Below, piece after piece: positions 1-10,107 of a DNA stretch of 64,000 nucleotides (positions within the stretch are counted from its first letter, which is position 1; each line of letters begins with the position of its first letter). The position numbers and the translations under genes are program-made. The DNA is taken from the IMG/VR virus record IMGVR_UViG_3300047476_002078, positions 42,802 through 106,801 of that record; one strand, 5' to 3'. A model generated the notes under the pieces. It saw only the letters and a list, made by a program, of their open reading frames with translations, was not told the origin of the DNA and ran no database searches. The stretch is from a virus.

Positions 1-77
1 ATAAAGTCATTCTGAAACTCCTTTTTCATTTTTTATCAATTTAACACTATATTATTATAATCAAAAAGGTTTTAAAT

Positions 78-290
78 ATGTCAGATTTTATTACAGACAT
101 TCAAAGTATTCAGTATTTGGTTAGTTCTTCAAAAACAGTAGAAGAGGCTAAAAGTTTGTACCATGTTATGCAAGGCATAAATTTGGATAGAACTGTGGCA
201 GAAAAAGTTTTTGAAGAAATGTTAAGGGCTAAATTTTCTAATAAGAACATTAAAGCTGAAATTTCTAAAATGGAAGCTAAGTTAAGATGA
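78..290 (+). CDS. hypothetical protein
   Basis: 70-aa ORF, start overlaps next gene (ATGA). Confidence 0.4.
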   Translation: MSDFITDIQSIQYLVSSSKTVEEAKSLYHVMQGINLDRTVAEKVFEEMLRAKFSNKNIKAEISKMEAKLR

Positions 291-607
291 AAAGATCAAA
301 GGTCTGGATTTCATATTGCCCTGATTTAAAAAATATTAACTCAGAGCCTCTGACTGTAAAATTTGAATTTGATTATGATTATGATTGTTATTTCGTAAGC
401 ATATATAAAGAAAGGCTTCTTTTAAAAGAAACTCCAGTTAATAAACAAAGTGATTATTTAGAATTTGAAGAATTAAAAAAAAGCATTAAGGTTGCAGATA
501 ACCTCATCCAAGAATTACATTACAAAGAAACACTACTTAAAAAATTATTTCGCAAACTGAAAAATAAGTTAAATGATTGGATATACAATCAATGTGGCAT
601 GAATTAA
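287..607 (+). CDS. hypothetical protein
   Basis: 106-aa ORF, no recognisable motif. Confidence 0.4.
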   Translation: MKRSKVWISYCPDLKNINSEPLTVKFEFDYDYDCYFVSIYKERLLLKETPVNKQSDYLEFEELKKSIKVADNLIQELHYKETLLKKLFRKLKNKLNDWIYNQCGMN

Positions 608-652
608 TTACGGTAATTTGACTTTAAAAACAGCATAAGATATTTTAACCAA

Positions 653-1297
653 ATGAAAATATCTACAGAATTAATTGTTTTTGATCTCGAATCAACATCA
701 AATCAAGAAACAAAATACGAAAAGCCTAAAGTTCAAACGAATAATTTCATTATTGAAATAGGTGCTGTTTTACTAAACAAAAATTTAGAAATTGTAGATG
801 AGTTTCAGCATTTTGTTAAACCTGAAGAAAATATAACTCCTTTCATAGAAGAATTAACTGGAATTTCAAACGATATAGTTCATAAAGAGCCTACGTGGGA
901 ACAAGTAGCTTCTAAATTTGAACAGTGGGCTTTAAGTCACACTAAAAATTTTAAAAGTGTTAGGTTGTGTGCTTGGGGAAACTATTTTGATATACCTCTT
1001 TTAAGAAAATGCTATTCTCATTACGGTATGTATTACCCTTGGTCAGGAACAGCACTAGATTGTAAAACAATTGCATTTTTATGGTGTGCTTTAAGTGGTA
1101 GAAGAACAGATAAGTTAAGTGTAGAACATTTAGCATCTTTAATGAATATTAGCCCTGAAGGGGATTACCATCGAGCTATAGTGGATGCTCAAGTACAGGC
1201 TAAAATTATCCAAAAGGCTTTAAAAGACCTGTCTTCTGGTTATTTTTTACCTAACACAGAAAACAAGCCCTATGATTTACTTAAAATTTGCAAGTGA
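653..1297 (+). CDS. DEDDh-type 3'-5' exonuclease (DnaQ-like)
   Basis: Exo I motif VFDLESTS, Exo III motif YHRAIVDAQ. Confidence 0.6.
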   Translation: MKISTELIVFDLESTSNQETKYEKPKVQTNNFIIEIGAVLLNKNLEIVDEFQHFVKPEENITPFIEELTGISNDIVHKEPTWEQVASKFEQWALSHTKNFKSVRLCAWGNYFDIPLLRKCYSHYGMYYPWSGTALDCKTIAFLWCALSGRRTDKLSVEHLASLMNISPEGDYHRAIVDAQVQAKIIQKALKDLSSGYFLPNTENKPYDLLKICK

Positions 1298-1298
1298 T

Positions 1299-1904
1299 TT
1301 ATATTTCACCGTGTAATTCGGTAACTTCCGTTGTGTATGTTTTAAGCCATTTTTTATAAGATTTTTTAATAATTTTAAGTTCCAATTTTGGAGCAATAAT
1401 TTCATCCCAACATTCTTCGTAAACATCATTTAAAAGATAGCACAATGAAAAAGGTCTTTTTGATGTGCTATAAAAATCGTGAGAAAATCCTAATTTGTGA
1501 CCATATTCATGGATAAAATTAGAGCCTGTCATTTTTCTGTGATGGCTTTCTTTTGATAAATTATTTGAATCAAAATATTTTGTGTTCACGTAAATTGTCA
1601 TGGTATTTGGATAGGTATAGCCGATGACATTTTTCCATGAAAAATAAGATTGAATTGTTATATCAATTACGTTGTCGATTGAAGGATTTAGAGTTTCTTT
1701 TCCAGATAGTATGTGGTTGTATATTTGTTCTCTTGATGCGTCTTTCCAAACAGAAAGTTCTCCGATTGGATTTTTAAGATTAATAATTTTTTCTTTAAAA
1801 AGAGAAGAGTTTATTATCATTTCCATCTCTTTCTGTACGGCATTAACTTTTTCCTGTCTTTCCTGTGTGAAATCTATTGTGGTTATATTAATTTTTGTAT
1901 TCAT
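1299..1904 (-). CDS. metzincin-like zinc metallopeptidase
   Basis: HEYGHKLGFSH matches HExxHxxGxxH; paralog of 53934..54596. Confidence 0.5.
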   Translation of the reverse strand: MNTKINITTIDFTQERQEKVNAVQKEMEMIINSSLFKEKIINLKNPIGELSVWKDASREQIYNHILSGKETLNPSIDNVIDITIQSYFSWKNVIGYTYPNTMTIYVNTKYFDSNNLSKESHHRKMTGSNFIHEYGHKLGFSHDFYSTSKRPFSLCYLLNDVYEECWDEIIAPKLELKIIKKSYKKWLKTYTTEVTELHGEI

Positions 1905-2001
1905 TTTAACTCCAAGTTTTACTCAGAATAAAAATAAATATGTTATTTTAACTACATGTGTTAAATTGACAGTTTCACCGTAAAATTGATATTCTAAAAA
2001 A

Positions 2002-2352
2002 ATGAACTTTGTTGCTGACTTTTATAATATCATTTCAAAATGCCAGTTTTCTTTAGAATCTGAAGAAGAGTTGAAACTGCAAATTTCAAGCGTCTTAGAA
2101 CGACATAATTTTGATTTTAAAAAAGAGTTTAGATTAGATTCAAAAAATAGGTTAGATTTTTACATTCATGATTATGCAGTAGAGGTAAAAATAAAAGGCT
2201 CTGCTATGAGCATCTACAGACAGTGTGTTCGATATTGTCAATTTAAGGAAGTAAAAGGTTTATTTCTCATTACAAATAAGTCTATGGGGTTTCCCACAGA
2301 GATTAATCAAAAACCTTGTTATTTAATAAATTTAGGTAAAAGTTGGCTTTAA
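2002..2352 (+). CDS. hypothetical protein, possible VRR-NUC-like nuclease
   Basis: VEVKIKG...SIYRQ resembles VRR-NUC E-x-K / Q motifs; immediately upstream of SNF2 helicase as is common in phages. Confidence 0.35.
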   Translation: MNFVADFYNIISKCQFSLESEEELKLQISSVLERHNFDFKKEFRLDSKNRLDFYIHDYAVEVKIKGSAMSIYRQCVRYCQFKEVKGLFLITNKSMGFPTEINQKPCYLINLGKSWL

Positions 2353-4013
2353 TGTTTAGATATTACGGTTCTATAAAATTTGATTCTAAAAATAATAGAT
2401 GGACAATAGAACAAATTGAACCGCATGTTTCAATTAAACTAAAATCTATTTTCACAAAAATTGCAAAATGGAAAACCGTTCCAATACATTTTGAAAATAC
2501 TCAAGAAAATTGCAGAGAATTAGAATGGTTTATTTCTCGATACCCTTTAGAAATGAGCGAAGAAGATCACAGTTATTTATTATCGCAAAAATTTAATCAT
2601 CTAAAAAAATTAGAAGATTTAGAAAAAATACTTAAACCTGATTATTCTCCAAGAGTTTTTCCACTGAAAGGTGAACTAAGACCTTATCAAGCTACCGCTG
2701 TTGAAATATTTCTACGCAACAAGCGGTTGTTAATAGGAGATGGAGTAGGATTGGGTAAAACTCTGTGCGGTATAGCTTCTGCTTTAGAGCCTTCTACGCT
2801 TCCAATGGCAGTAGTGGTTCAAACTCATTTACCGACGCAATGGAAAGAGCAGTTTGAAAAGTTTACTGATCTTAAAGTTCATCTAATTAAAGGAACAAAA
2901 CCGTATAATTTACCAACCGCAGATATTTATATTTGGAAATATTCATGTTTGTCTGGATGGGTTGATGTTTTTAAAATGGGATTTTTAAAATCTGTTGTAT
3001 TTGATGAGTGCCAAGAATTACGTATATCTGGTTCACAAAAATATGAAGGAGCGAAAGTTTTAACTTCAAATGTGGACTATGTTCTGGGTCTTTCTGCTAC
3101 CCCTATTTATAATTATGGTGATGAAATTTATAACATAATGAATCTAATCAAAGAAGGCTGTTTAGGAAACATTTATGATTTTATGAGAGAGTGGGCAGGA
3201 GGAGGGAATGGTAAACAAATTAAAAATCCAAAAGCTTTGGGAACTTATTTAAGAGAAAATTTTCTCTTTATTAGAAGAACAAGAGAAGACGTTCAAAGAG
3301 AATTACCTCCAGTAAACAAAATCGTACACACTGTAGATTTCGATAAAGAAGCTGTAGATAATATTGAGGAAATAGCGAAGAAATTGGCTATTTCTGTTAC
3401 GACAGGAACTTTTGTAGAAAGAGGAAAAGCCGCTCGTGAATTAGACATAATGGTTCGTCAGGCTACAGGAGTGAGTAAAGCAAAGTATGTGGCAGAATAT
3501 GTAAAGATTTTGTTAGAAAACGGGGAGTCTGTTCTTTTGGCAGGATGGCATAGAGCCGTTTACGATATATGGTTAAAAGAGTTATTTCAGTACAACCCAG
3601 TTATGTACACTGGTTCGGAAGATGTTAAAGAAAAAGATGCTGCTAAAAAGGCTTTTATTGAAGGTAAATCTCAATTAATGATTATATCACTTCGTTCCGG
3701 AATAGGATTAGATGGTCTTCAAGAGAGGTCTTCTCTGGTAGTTTTTGGGGAATTAGATTATTCTCCAGCCGTTCATGAGCAAGTGATAGGACGCTTAGAC
3801 AGGGATGGTCAAAAAAATCAAGTAACTAGCATTTATTTAATTAGCGATAGCGGCTCAGACCCTTTGATGGTTGACTTATTGGGCTTAAAAGCCTCTCAAG
3901 CCAAAGATATTATTGACCCTATGAATAACCAAGTGACTTTCCAAAATAGTGATGATACTCGTATTAAACTTCTAGCAGAGCTTTACCTTAAAAAAGCAGG
4001 AAATAATGGATAA
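2343..4013 (+). CDS. SNF2/SF2 family DNA helicase
   Basis: LRPYQ, Walker A GVGLGKT, DExx-like FDECQ, helicase C-terminal motifs. Confidence 0.7.
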   Translation: MALMFRYYGSIKFDSKNNRWTIEQIEPHVSIKLKSIFTKIAKWKTVPIHFENTQENCRELEWFISRYPLEMSEEDHSYLLSQKFNHLKKLEDLEKILKPDYSPRVFPLKGELRPYQATAVEIFLRNKRLLIGDGVGLGKTLCGIASALEPSTLPMAVVVQTHLPTQWKEQFEKFTDLKVHLIKGTKPYNLPTADIYIWKYSCLSGWVDVFKMGFLKSVVFDECQELRISGSQKYEGAKVLTSNVDYVLGLSATPIYNYGDEIYNIMNLIKEGCLGNIYDFMREWAGGGNGKQIKNPKALGTYLRENFLFIRRTREDVQRELPPVNKIVHTVDFDKEAVDNIEEIAKKLAISVTTGTFVERGKAARELDIMVRQATGVSKAKYVAEYVKILLENGESVLLAGWHRAVYDIWLKELFQYNPVMYTGSEDVKEKDAAKKAFIEGKSQLMIISLRSGIGLDGLQERSSLVVFGELDYSPAVHEQVIGRLDRDGQKNQVTSIYLISDSGSDPLMVDLLGLKASQAKDIIDPMNNQVTFQNSDDTRIKLLAELYLKKAGNNG

Positions 4014-4260
4014 AGAAAAATATGATTTTTTAGTCTCGAAAACTATGGGTGAAATAGAAAAAGCCGTAAAAAATGCTTTGGTTGGTGAAAACTTAACTCC
4101 TTCCGAACAGTTTACTGTTACAACTGGAGTTTCCTTTTTTCTTACGGCTGAACACATTTCCGCTCTCTTGATGAGTCAACCTGAACAAAAAGATTTTTTA
4201 GTTCAGAGTTCAATAAATAAAATTATGGAATTAGTTCAAGGATATTTATCCGAAGTTTAA
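4006..4260 (+). CDS. hypothetical protein
   Basis: 84-aa ORF overlapping helicase stop. Confidence 0.4.
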   Translation: MDKEKYDFLVSKTMGEIEKAVKNALVGENLTPSEQFTVTTGVSFFLTAEHISALLMSQPEQKDFLVQSSINKIMELVQGYLSEV

Positions 4261-4284
4261 TATTTTAATGGAATGGAGTTTTAA

Positions 4285-4575
4285 ATGAAATTTTTAGTTG
4301 TTATTTTGTCATTTTTTTACGCAAACATTTCTGAGGCTTGTCTTCACAGTGATAAGACTGAGTTTAAACGGAAGCTAGAACAGACAAAGGTTGAGATTAA
4401 AATTTTTTGTCACAACTATTTTAATTCAGATATGATTGAGACTTGCGTTAATGAAAATAATGAATGTTTAAAAGAAAACATTAAAAAAGTTAGAAAAGTA
4501 ACTTTTTGCAAAAATGATTCTAATATAATCATTAAAGCTTGGGATATGTGTCAATATAGAAAACCTTGGCTATAA
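4285..4575 (+). CDS. secreted Cys-rich small protein
   Basis: N-terminal signal peptide, multiple Cys. Confidence 0.35.
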   Translation: MKFLVVILSFFYANISEACLHSDKTEFKRKLEQTKVEIKIFCHNYFNSDMIETCVNENNECLKENIKKVRKVTFCKNDSNIIIKAWDMCQYRKPWL

Positions 4576-5535
4576 ATCCACGCATTGAGAAGCATCCTTA
4601 TCTTCTCTTATTCTTATAAATCTGGGGCTTCTAAAAGCCCCTTTTTTTGTTCTTTCTTGTGCTTTTATCTCAATAACTTTTCCAATGTAACTTTCTTTAT
4701 TTTGTGAGAAATCTCTTCTCATACTTTCACTCATTCCCGAACAAGTTCCAAGCTCAATAATTTGACCGTTTTTATACAGTCCAAATTTTATAGCTCCTAT
4801 TAATTTTTCTTTCCAATAAGATGTTTCAGATACTTCTCCGTTTGATTTTTTTGAAAATTGTTGAGGCTTTTCAAAACCTGTTATGATTACATCCCAAGTC
4901 TTCACTTTTTTTACTTTAAACCAACCTGAGCCGTAACTAGCGTTTAAACTTTTCAACATAATTCCTTCGCCTCCTCTATTTGTTACAGCTTCATATAATT
5001 TTTTTGCCTCTGAAGCAGGAACAGATTGAACCATAACGACAGGCACTTTATTACTGAATAGAATGTTTACAACTTTTTTTAAAAACTCTTTCCTTTTTTT
5101 AAGAGGTATTTGACGTAAATCATTATTTCCAAATTTAGGTATGTCATAAACATGGTACTCAAGCCAACCTTCTTCATTTTGTTTTTGTACTGCTCTTTCA
5201 GGAGTACACCCCATTATTGAAGTAGTTGCATCGGATTTTTCTGTATTAGGGTGAACTAACTCTCCATCAATAATTGTTCCGTAAAGTTCTTTTGGTACTA
5301 ACACTCTTGTTAAGTGGGGACAATGTAGAGTTTTATCTACGTATTCTCCAGTAACGTCTGATATTCTTCGGGATAACAATTTAGATTTCCCAAGTTCGTC
5401 AATATAAAGCAAATAACGGCTTCCGTCTTTTTTCACTTCAGCTACGAAGTTTTCATTGATGAAATTAGAATCTGCCCAAAGATTGTCATAGTCTTCGTGG
5501 GGAATGTGTTCAGCTTTAGCAGGATTTACTTTCAT
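4570..5535 (-). CDS. ATP-dependent DNA ligase
   Basis: Motif I EVKKDGSR (KxDG), EGIMLK motif, OB-fold C-terminal region. Confidence 0.75.
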   Translation of the reverse strand: MKVNPAKAEHIPHEDYDNLWADSNFINENFVAEVKKDGSRYLLYIDELGKSKLLSRRISDVTGEYVDKTLHCPHLTRVLVPKELYGTIIDGELVHPNTEKSDATTSIMGCTPERAVQKQNEEGWLEYHVYDIPKFGNNDLRQIPLKKRKEFLKKVVNILFSNKVPVVMVQSVPASEAKKLYEAVTNRGGEGIMLKSLNASYGSGWFKVKKVKTWDVIITGFEKPQQFSKKSNGEVSETSYWKEKLIGAIKFGLYKNGQIIELGTCSGMSESMRRDFSQNKESYIGKVIEIKAQERTKKGAFRSPRFIRIREDKDASQCVDL

Positions 5536-5559
5536 GTTTATTCTCCTATAATACTTAAA

Positions 5560-5576
5560 GGCTATACCGATTCCAC
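5560..5576 (-). promoter_or_regulatory. conserved 17-bp element GTGGAATCGGTATAGCC (copy 1 of 5)
   Basis: Exact reverse complement on + strand, ~25 bp upstream of ligase start on - strand. Confidence 0.45.
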
Positions 5577-5611
5577 CGTTTAATATAAGTAATTGAATTT
5601 AATGAGGATTT

Positions 5612-5950
5612 ATGAGTTTTGAAGGGTATTATCAAATAAAGTGCGAAAATAATCACTATTACACGGAAAATGTTTATACGTTTTCTTTTTCTTCATCAAG
5701 GTGCTCTTACTGTGATGGAAAAATTATAGCTACAAAAATGGTAGATGAAACAAATGGGGAGTCAGAAGGGTATGATCCAAAATTTTCAGAAAATTGTGAT
5801 GTTTTAGTCTCAGTTTGGAAATCTGAATTAGAGTTTTTAACAGAAGAAAAAGAAAAATTTGAAAAAATTGCTAAATGTAAATATATGCACAAGATGAAAA
5901 TAGATGGGGAAGGCTATTGTTCTAAATGTGGCTGGAAACAAAATTTGTAA
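5612..5950 (+). CDS. Cys-rich zinc-binding hypothetical protein
   Basis: CxxC pairs at both ends. Confidence 0.4.
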   Translation: MSFEGYYQIKCENNHYYTENVYTFSFSSSRCSYCDGKIIATKMVDETNGESEGYDPKFSENCDVLVSVWKSELEFLTEEKEKFEKIAKCKYMHKMKIDGEGYCSKCGWKQNL

Positions 5951-5986
5951 AGAGGAGCCTGCTTTCAGGCTCCTCTCTTGTTTAGA

Positions 5987-6181
5987 TTACTCTCCGATAG
6001 AAAGCTTATCTTTTGAAACAATTCGCAGAATCATGTTTACTACCGCAAATACGCCTACTACAACGTCAGGTTGAGCAGCAATGTATTCGCTCACGCCCGG
6101 AGCGAAAAGTGCTCCTAATGCCACAATAGCGTTTACCCAAAGCGTTTTAGAAAGCCATGGCTTCTTTACACCGTTTTCCAT
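5987..6181 (-). CDS. small membrane protein, possible holin
   Basis: 64 aa, two hydrophobic segments, charged C-terminus. Confidence 0.3.
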   Translation of the reverse strand: MENGVKKPWLSKTLWVNAIVALGALFAPGVSEYIAAQPDVVVGVFAVVNMILRIVSKDKLSIGE

Positions 6182-6259
6182 TTTAAATTCTCCTTTTTAA
6201 GTTGAGTTCCTAAATAATTATAGAAACAATACATATAATGGTGACGAGGATATTTTATT

Positions 6260-6916
6260 ATGTCTATAAACATAAATCATTTTTTTAATTACGGTTACTC
6301 AGTGAGTCAAATTCCTGTCGAATTAGCGGATGCTTTGTTAGAAACAGTGAGAAAGCAAAATTATTCTGTTTGTGATGGAACTTACAAATCAAATTTGGAG
6401 GCTCCTTTACTAGCTTCTTGGAATAGTGAGCTTTTACCTAAAACTTCTAACATTGGTGAAACTCCTCCAATTTTAGAGTCTCTTCAAGCGATTTTAAAAG
6501 AAATGGGTTTTTTAAATTGGTTTGAGATTAACTTTGGGGTCTTTAGTCAATTTTCGGTAATGGTCAACAAATTTTCAAAAAATAATGGGATGATTTGGCA
6601 TAATGACCATTTAGATTCAACTTTTTTAAGTGTTTTAATTTATCTTTCTAAAGATATTTTTGAAGAAAATGATGGCGGATATTTGGAGTTAGGTAGGATA
6701 TACAACACTGATTATGTAATGGATGCTAGACCTCCTTCAGAAGAAGTTAGCTTATTAAGAAGTGTCTTGCCAAATCACGGAACAATAGTGCTTTTAAACA
6801 ATACTCAGATAACATCTGTTCACAGAGTTGAAAAAATGATTTCAGACAAAGAGCGTTATACAATTCTGTGTCATTTTGGTTATTGGCAAAATATTGTTCA
6901 CAAAAAACGGAAATAA
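6260..6916 (+). CDS. 2OG-Fe(II) oxygenase family protein
   Basis: WHNDHLD (HxD) and distal VHRV His. Confidence 0.5.
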   Translation: MSININHFFNYGYSVSQIPVELADALLETVRKQNYSVCDGTYKSNLEAPLLASWNSELLPKTSNIGETPPILESLQAILKEMGFLNWFEINFGVFSQFSVMVNKFSKNNGMIWHNDHLDSTFLSVLIYLSKDIFEENDGGYLELGRIYNTDYVMDARPPSEEVSLLRSVLPNHGTIVLLNNTQITSVHRVEKMISDKERYTILCHFGYWQNIVHKKRK

Positions 6917-6969
6917 TTTTGACTTACCGTAAAATACCTTTTAGCGTTTTAAAATACATGGAGGTTTCA

Positions 6970-7200
6970 ATGAAATTTTTATCTTTATTCAGTGTTCTTT
7001 TTTCCTTTTCTTTGTTTGCCCAAGAATTAAAATGTGACGTTAGATTAAACTACGTCGGTGTTTATTATAATTATTGTCCTGTTGGAACAGTTTCGGAAGC
7101 TGTAGATGTAAGATTGAGCGGTTCCCCTCAATATCCTTTTGTAAATGTGTTGCTAAGATGTGTAAAACCTGAAGTTGTGTGTAAAAAGGTTAATGAATAA
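6970..7200 (+). CDS. secreted small protein
   Basis: Signal peptide MKFLSLFSVLFSFSLFAQ after RBS GGAGG; upstream in-frame extension likely spurious. Confidence 0.4.
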   Translation: MKFLSLFSVLFSFSLFAQELKCDVRLNYVGVYYNYCPVGTVSEAVDVRLSGSPQYPFVNVLLRCVKPEVVCKKVNE

Positions 7201-8073
7201 ATGAAAAAGTTAGTAGTTGTAGATGTATCAAATATGTTTTTTAGGGCTTTCTATGGTGTACCAACACTTTCAAATAAGAAAGGGATGCACACCAACGCCA
7301 TTTTTGGGTTTTTGAAAATGGCACTCAACTTGACAAAAATGAGTCCTGATTATTTTGCATTTTGTATGGAAGGTGGAAGCTCTTTTAGAAAAGATATTTT
7401 TTCAGAATACAAAGGCAATAGAAGTGAATTGCCTGAAGAGTTAAAACAACAACTTCCATATATTCCAAAAGTGATTGAGTCTCTAGGATTTAAACAGATT
7501 CAACAAAAAACTTTTGAGGCTGACGATATAATTGGCACTTTATCTAAAAAAGCTTCAGAAAGCGGAATTAAAACCATAATCATATCAGGTGATAAAGATT
7601 TTTCTCAGCTTATAGACGAAAATGTAGAGCTTGTTGATACTATGAGAAACATTACCTACGCTTCAAAAGACGTGTTTTTAAAATACGGGGTAGAGCCTAA
7701 AAATTTCATAGATTATTTGGCTATAGTCGGAGACAGTTCAGATAATATTCCGGGCGTTTCTGGCATAGGGGCGAAAGGGGCAAGCTCGCTTCTAAACTTG
7801 TATAATTCCCTTGAAGGGATTTATGAGAATATTGAAAAGATTAAAGGCAAAAATAAAGAAAAATTAATCGCCTCTAAAGACAACGCCTTTTTGAGTAAAA
7901 GACTAGCAACAATAGTAACAGATGTACCTATTGAAATTAATTGGGAAGACTTTAAAAGAAATCCAATCAACAAAGAACTCATAAAAGAATTAATAGAAGA
8001 GTTAGAATTTACTCAACTTGACTACTTATATAAACCGCAGCCTGAATCTTTAAGCGAGTTAGAATACATGTAA
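7201..8073 (+). CDS. 5'-3' exonuclease / flap endonuclease (FEN, Pol I N-terminal-like)
   Basis: VVVDVSNMFFRAFYG, helix-3-turn-helix-like GIGAKGA motif. Confidence 0.75.
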   Translation: MKKLVVVDVSNMFFRAFYGVPTLSNKKGMHTNAIFGFLKMALNLTKMSPDYFAFCMEGGSSFRKDIFSEYKGNRSELPEELKQQLPYIPKVIESLGFKQIQQKTFEADDIIGTLSKKASESGIKTIIISGDKDFSQLIDENVELVDTMRNITYASKDVFLKYGVEPKNFIDYLAIVGDSSDNIPGVSGIGAKGASSLLNLYNSLEGIYENIEKIKGKNKEKLIASKDNAFLSKRLATIVTDVPIEINWEDFKRNPINKELIKELIEELEFTQLDYLYKPQPESLSELEYM

Positions 8074-8096
8074 AATGAAGGGAGTTAAATCTCCCT

Positions 8097-8447
8097 TCAT
8101 TGCGTGATTGGAATAATTTTCTTACTTTTTTCAGTTTTTGGAATTTCTATCTTTAATACTCCGTCTTTGTATGATGCTTTAATATCATCTGTATTAAGAT
8201 CATTCGCTAGTTTAAAAGATCGTTTAAATTTCCCATAATTAATTTCATTCAAAATAGTTCTGTCTGCTTCTGTTTTTTCTTTTTCATATTCAACAGTCAA
8301 AATATTATTGTTTGTTTCTATGTTGAATTTTTCAGATGAAACTCCGGGCACTTCGGCAAGAATGGATACTTTATCTTTGTAGTCAGTGATGCAAACATCA
8401 AAAGGTTTCACCATTTCATGACGGAAAAAAGAATCTGAATAAAACAT
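8097..8447 (-). CDS. Hsp20/alpha-crystallin small heat-shock protein
   Basis: Alpha-crystallin domain, AEVPGV ... GVLKIEIPK. Confidence 0.7.
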   Translation of the reverse strand: MFYSDSFFRHEMVKPFDVCITDYKDKVSILAEVPGVSSEKFNIETNNNILTVEYEKEKTEADRTILNEINYGKFKRSFKLANDLNTDDIKASYKDGVLKIEIPKTEKSKKIIPITQ

Positions 8448-8535
8448 TTTAACCTCCTAAAATTGTTCTTATTTATAAAATGTTTCCGTAATTTAATTTG
8501 TCAAGTGCCTAAAATAAAAATAAGGAATAACTTAT

Positions 8536-8811
8536 ATGAACAAAGAAGAAATTATATCTCTTGCAATGGAACGATTGGGTTGGACTGAAAGAAAAGTTCG
8601 GTCTTGGTATAAAAAAGAAAATAATTGGCTTAAAGGTAACTCTCCTAAAGAGTTAGTTGAAAGAGGTGAATCAGAAATAGTTGTAGAATTTTTAATGTCA
8701 CGGCAAAAAGATTTAGACGAAGATGATAAAGGCGAAGATGTTGAGCCAAAAGAAGAATATGAAGTAGTGTTCAAAAAAGATAAGAAGAAAAAATTATGGT
8801 TTAAACCATAA
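8536..8811 (+). CDS. hypothetical protein
   Basis: 91-aa acidic ORF. Confidence 0.4.
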   Translation: MNKEEIISLAMERLGWTERKVRSWYKKENNWLKGNSPKELVERGESEIVVEFLMSRQKDLDEDDKGEDVEPKEEYEVVFKKDKKKKLWFKP

Positions 8812-8833
8812 CATCATGCACAATTAAAATTTA

Positions 8834-8870
8834 TTGTTATAGTATTTTCCGTAAAATATAATTTACGGAA
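8834..8870 (+). promoter_or_regulatory. sigma70-like promoter TTGTTA-N17-TATAAT with CCGTAAAA palindrome in spacer
   Basis: TTGTTA 8834-8839, TATAAT 8857-8862, inverted TTCCGTAAA/TTTACGGAA flanking -10. Confidence 0.45.
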
Positions 8871-8881
8871 AAAGAGGTTAT

Positions 8882-9223
8882 ATGAAAAAAGGAACAGTTA
8901 CAAAAATTTCATTCTTAGATAATCCGCAAGTCCCTGTTGAAAAGGCTTTCGTATTAGAAGGAGAGAAATTTACGGGGTATTTTTCTGAGGAACCTAGAGT
9001 TGGTCAATGCTTTTTACTCACTCAATGTCAGGACGATGTGGCATTTTTTAAAAGCTCTACAGTCAAATCTGTTTTTAAACCAGATACAGAGCAAGATAAA
9101 TTAATTATTCCTTCTCAATTTCAAAATAAAGAAAAACTGAATATTCCAGTTGTTAAAGAAAATGAAACACTTTTTATAACAATGAACTCTTTATACCTTT
9201 TAAGTGATGTGACGGATGCGTAA
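8882..9223 (+). CDS. hypothetical protein
   Basis: 113-aa ORF with RBS. Confidence 0.4.
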   Translation: MKKGTVTKISFLDNPQVPVEKAFVLEGEKFTGYFSEEPRVGQCFLLTQCQDDVAFFKSSTVKSVFKPDTEQDKLIIPSQFQNKEKLNIPVVKENETLFITMNSLYLLSDVTDA

Positions 9224-9361
9224 CAAGATTAAAAAACTTCATTTGGTGTCGGTTATTGTATGTTTTTTTGTGCTGGGTAACGCAATTAACAAAAAAGATT
9301 TTAAGTTAATTGCGTTCACTTCATTTTTTACATTTGTTGGTTTGTACAGATACGTAAGGAT

Positions 9362-9643
9362 TTAAAAATCATCTTTTAAAGGATTTTTGTCAGTTCCCAT
9401 TAACCATCCTCTATCTACGCCATATAAATTTACCACGTCAGTAATAAATTGTGCAGAAGCCGATTTAGAACCCTCTTCGATAGCGATATATTCATCTAGT
9501 GGCATAGCGAGTAGAGCACAAACTTGTTCCCGTGTGAATCGGTTGGAAATTCTTTTTGCTCTTATTTTTGCGGCGAAATCTTTCATTTTCATAAATTCTC
9601 CTTTATTTAATTTTATTTTAGAGAAGCATTGATCGAATTGCAA
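9362..9643 (-). CDS. XRE-family HTH transcriptional regulator
   Basis: HTH FTREQVCALLAMPLDEYIAIEEG; real start probably internal MKMKDF. Confidence 0.5.
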   Translation of the reverse strand: MQFDQCFSKIKLNKGEFMKMKDFAAKIRAKRISNRFTREQVCALLAMPLDEYIAIEEGSKSASAQFITDVVNLYGVDRGWLMGTDKNPLKDDF

Positions 9644-9648
9644 ATAAT

Positions 9649-10107
9649 TTGCCTATAATGCTTTACAGTATGGAAGACTTAGATTTATTAAAATTTCTTT
9701 TTCCTATAATTTCTTATTCGATAATCTGTGGCTCTATTTTGGGAATAGAGAGAGAAATAAATAACAAAAAAGCAGGCATTAAAACAAACATATTAATTTG
9801 TTTCGGCTCTGCGTTATTTACAATATGTTCGGTTCTAGTCACAAAAGAAGTGGGGGACCCTTCAAGAGTAATATCTCAAATAGTATCAGGTATAGGTTTT
9901 TTAGGGGCTGGAACGATAATTCGATACAACGACAAAGTATCAGGATTAACAAGTGCTGCAATTATATGGGTAGCTTCTGCTATAGGTATCATGATCGGAT
10001 TAGGTCACGGATTAACAGCGAGTGTCACAACATTTATAATTGTTATAATTCTTATGGTCGTTAGATTTCTTGAAAGAAAATTTATCTATCAAAGAAAAGA
10101 TGATTAG
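9649..10107 (+). CDS. MgtC/SapB family membrane protein
   Basis: IEREINNKKAGIKTNILICFGSALF matches MgtC N-terminal signature, 4 TM. Confidence 0.55.
   Translation: MPIMLYSMEDLDLLKFLFPIISYSIICGSILGIEREINNKKAGIKTNILICFGSALFTICSVLVTKEVGDPSRVISQIVSGIGFLGAGTIIRYNDKVSGLTSAAIIWVASAIGIMIGLGHGLTASVTTFIIVIILMVVRFLERKFIYQRKDD

Noticed and set aside
1672-1983. 103-aa ORF on + strand
   Set aside because: Lies entirely antisense within the metzincin gene 1299..1904. Low-complexity hydrophobic translation, no RBS.
3972-4157. 61-aa antisense ORF
   Set aside because: Nested antisense to the helicase end and the 4006..4260 gene.
9387-10064. ORFs 9387..9632 (+) and 9798..10064 (+)
   Set aside because: Antisense or alternative-frame shadows of the XRE regulator and MgtC genes.
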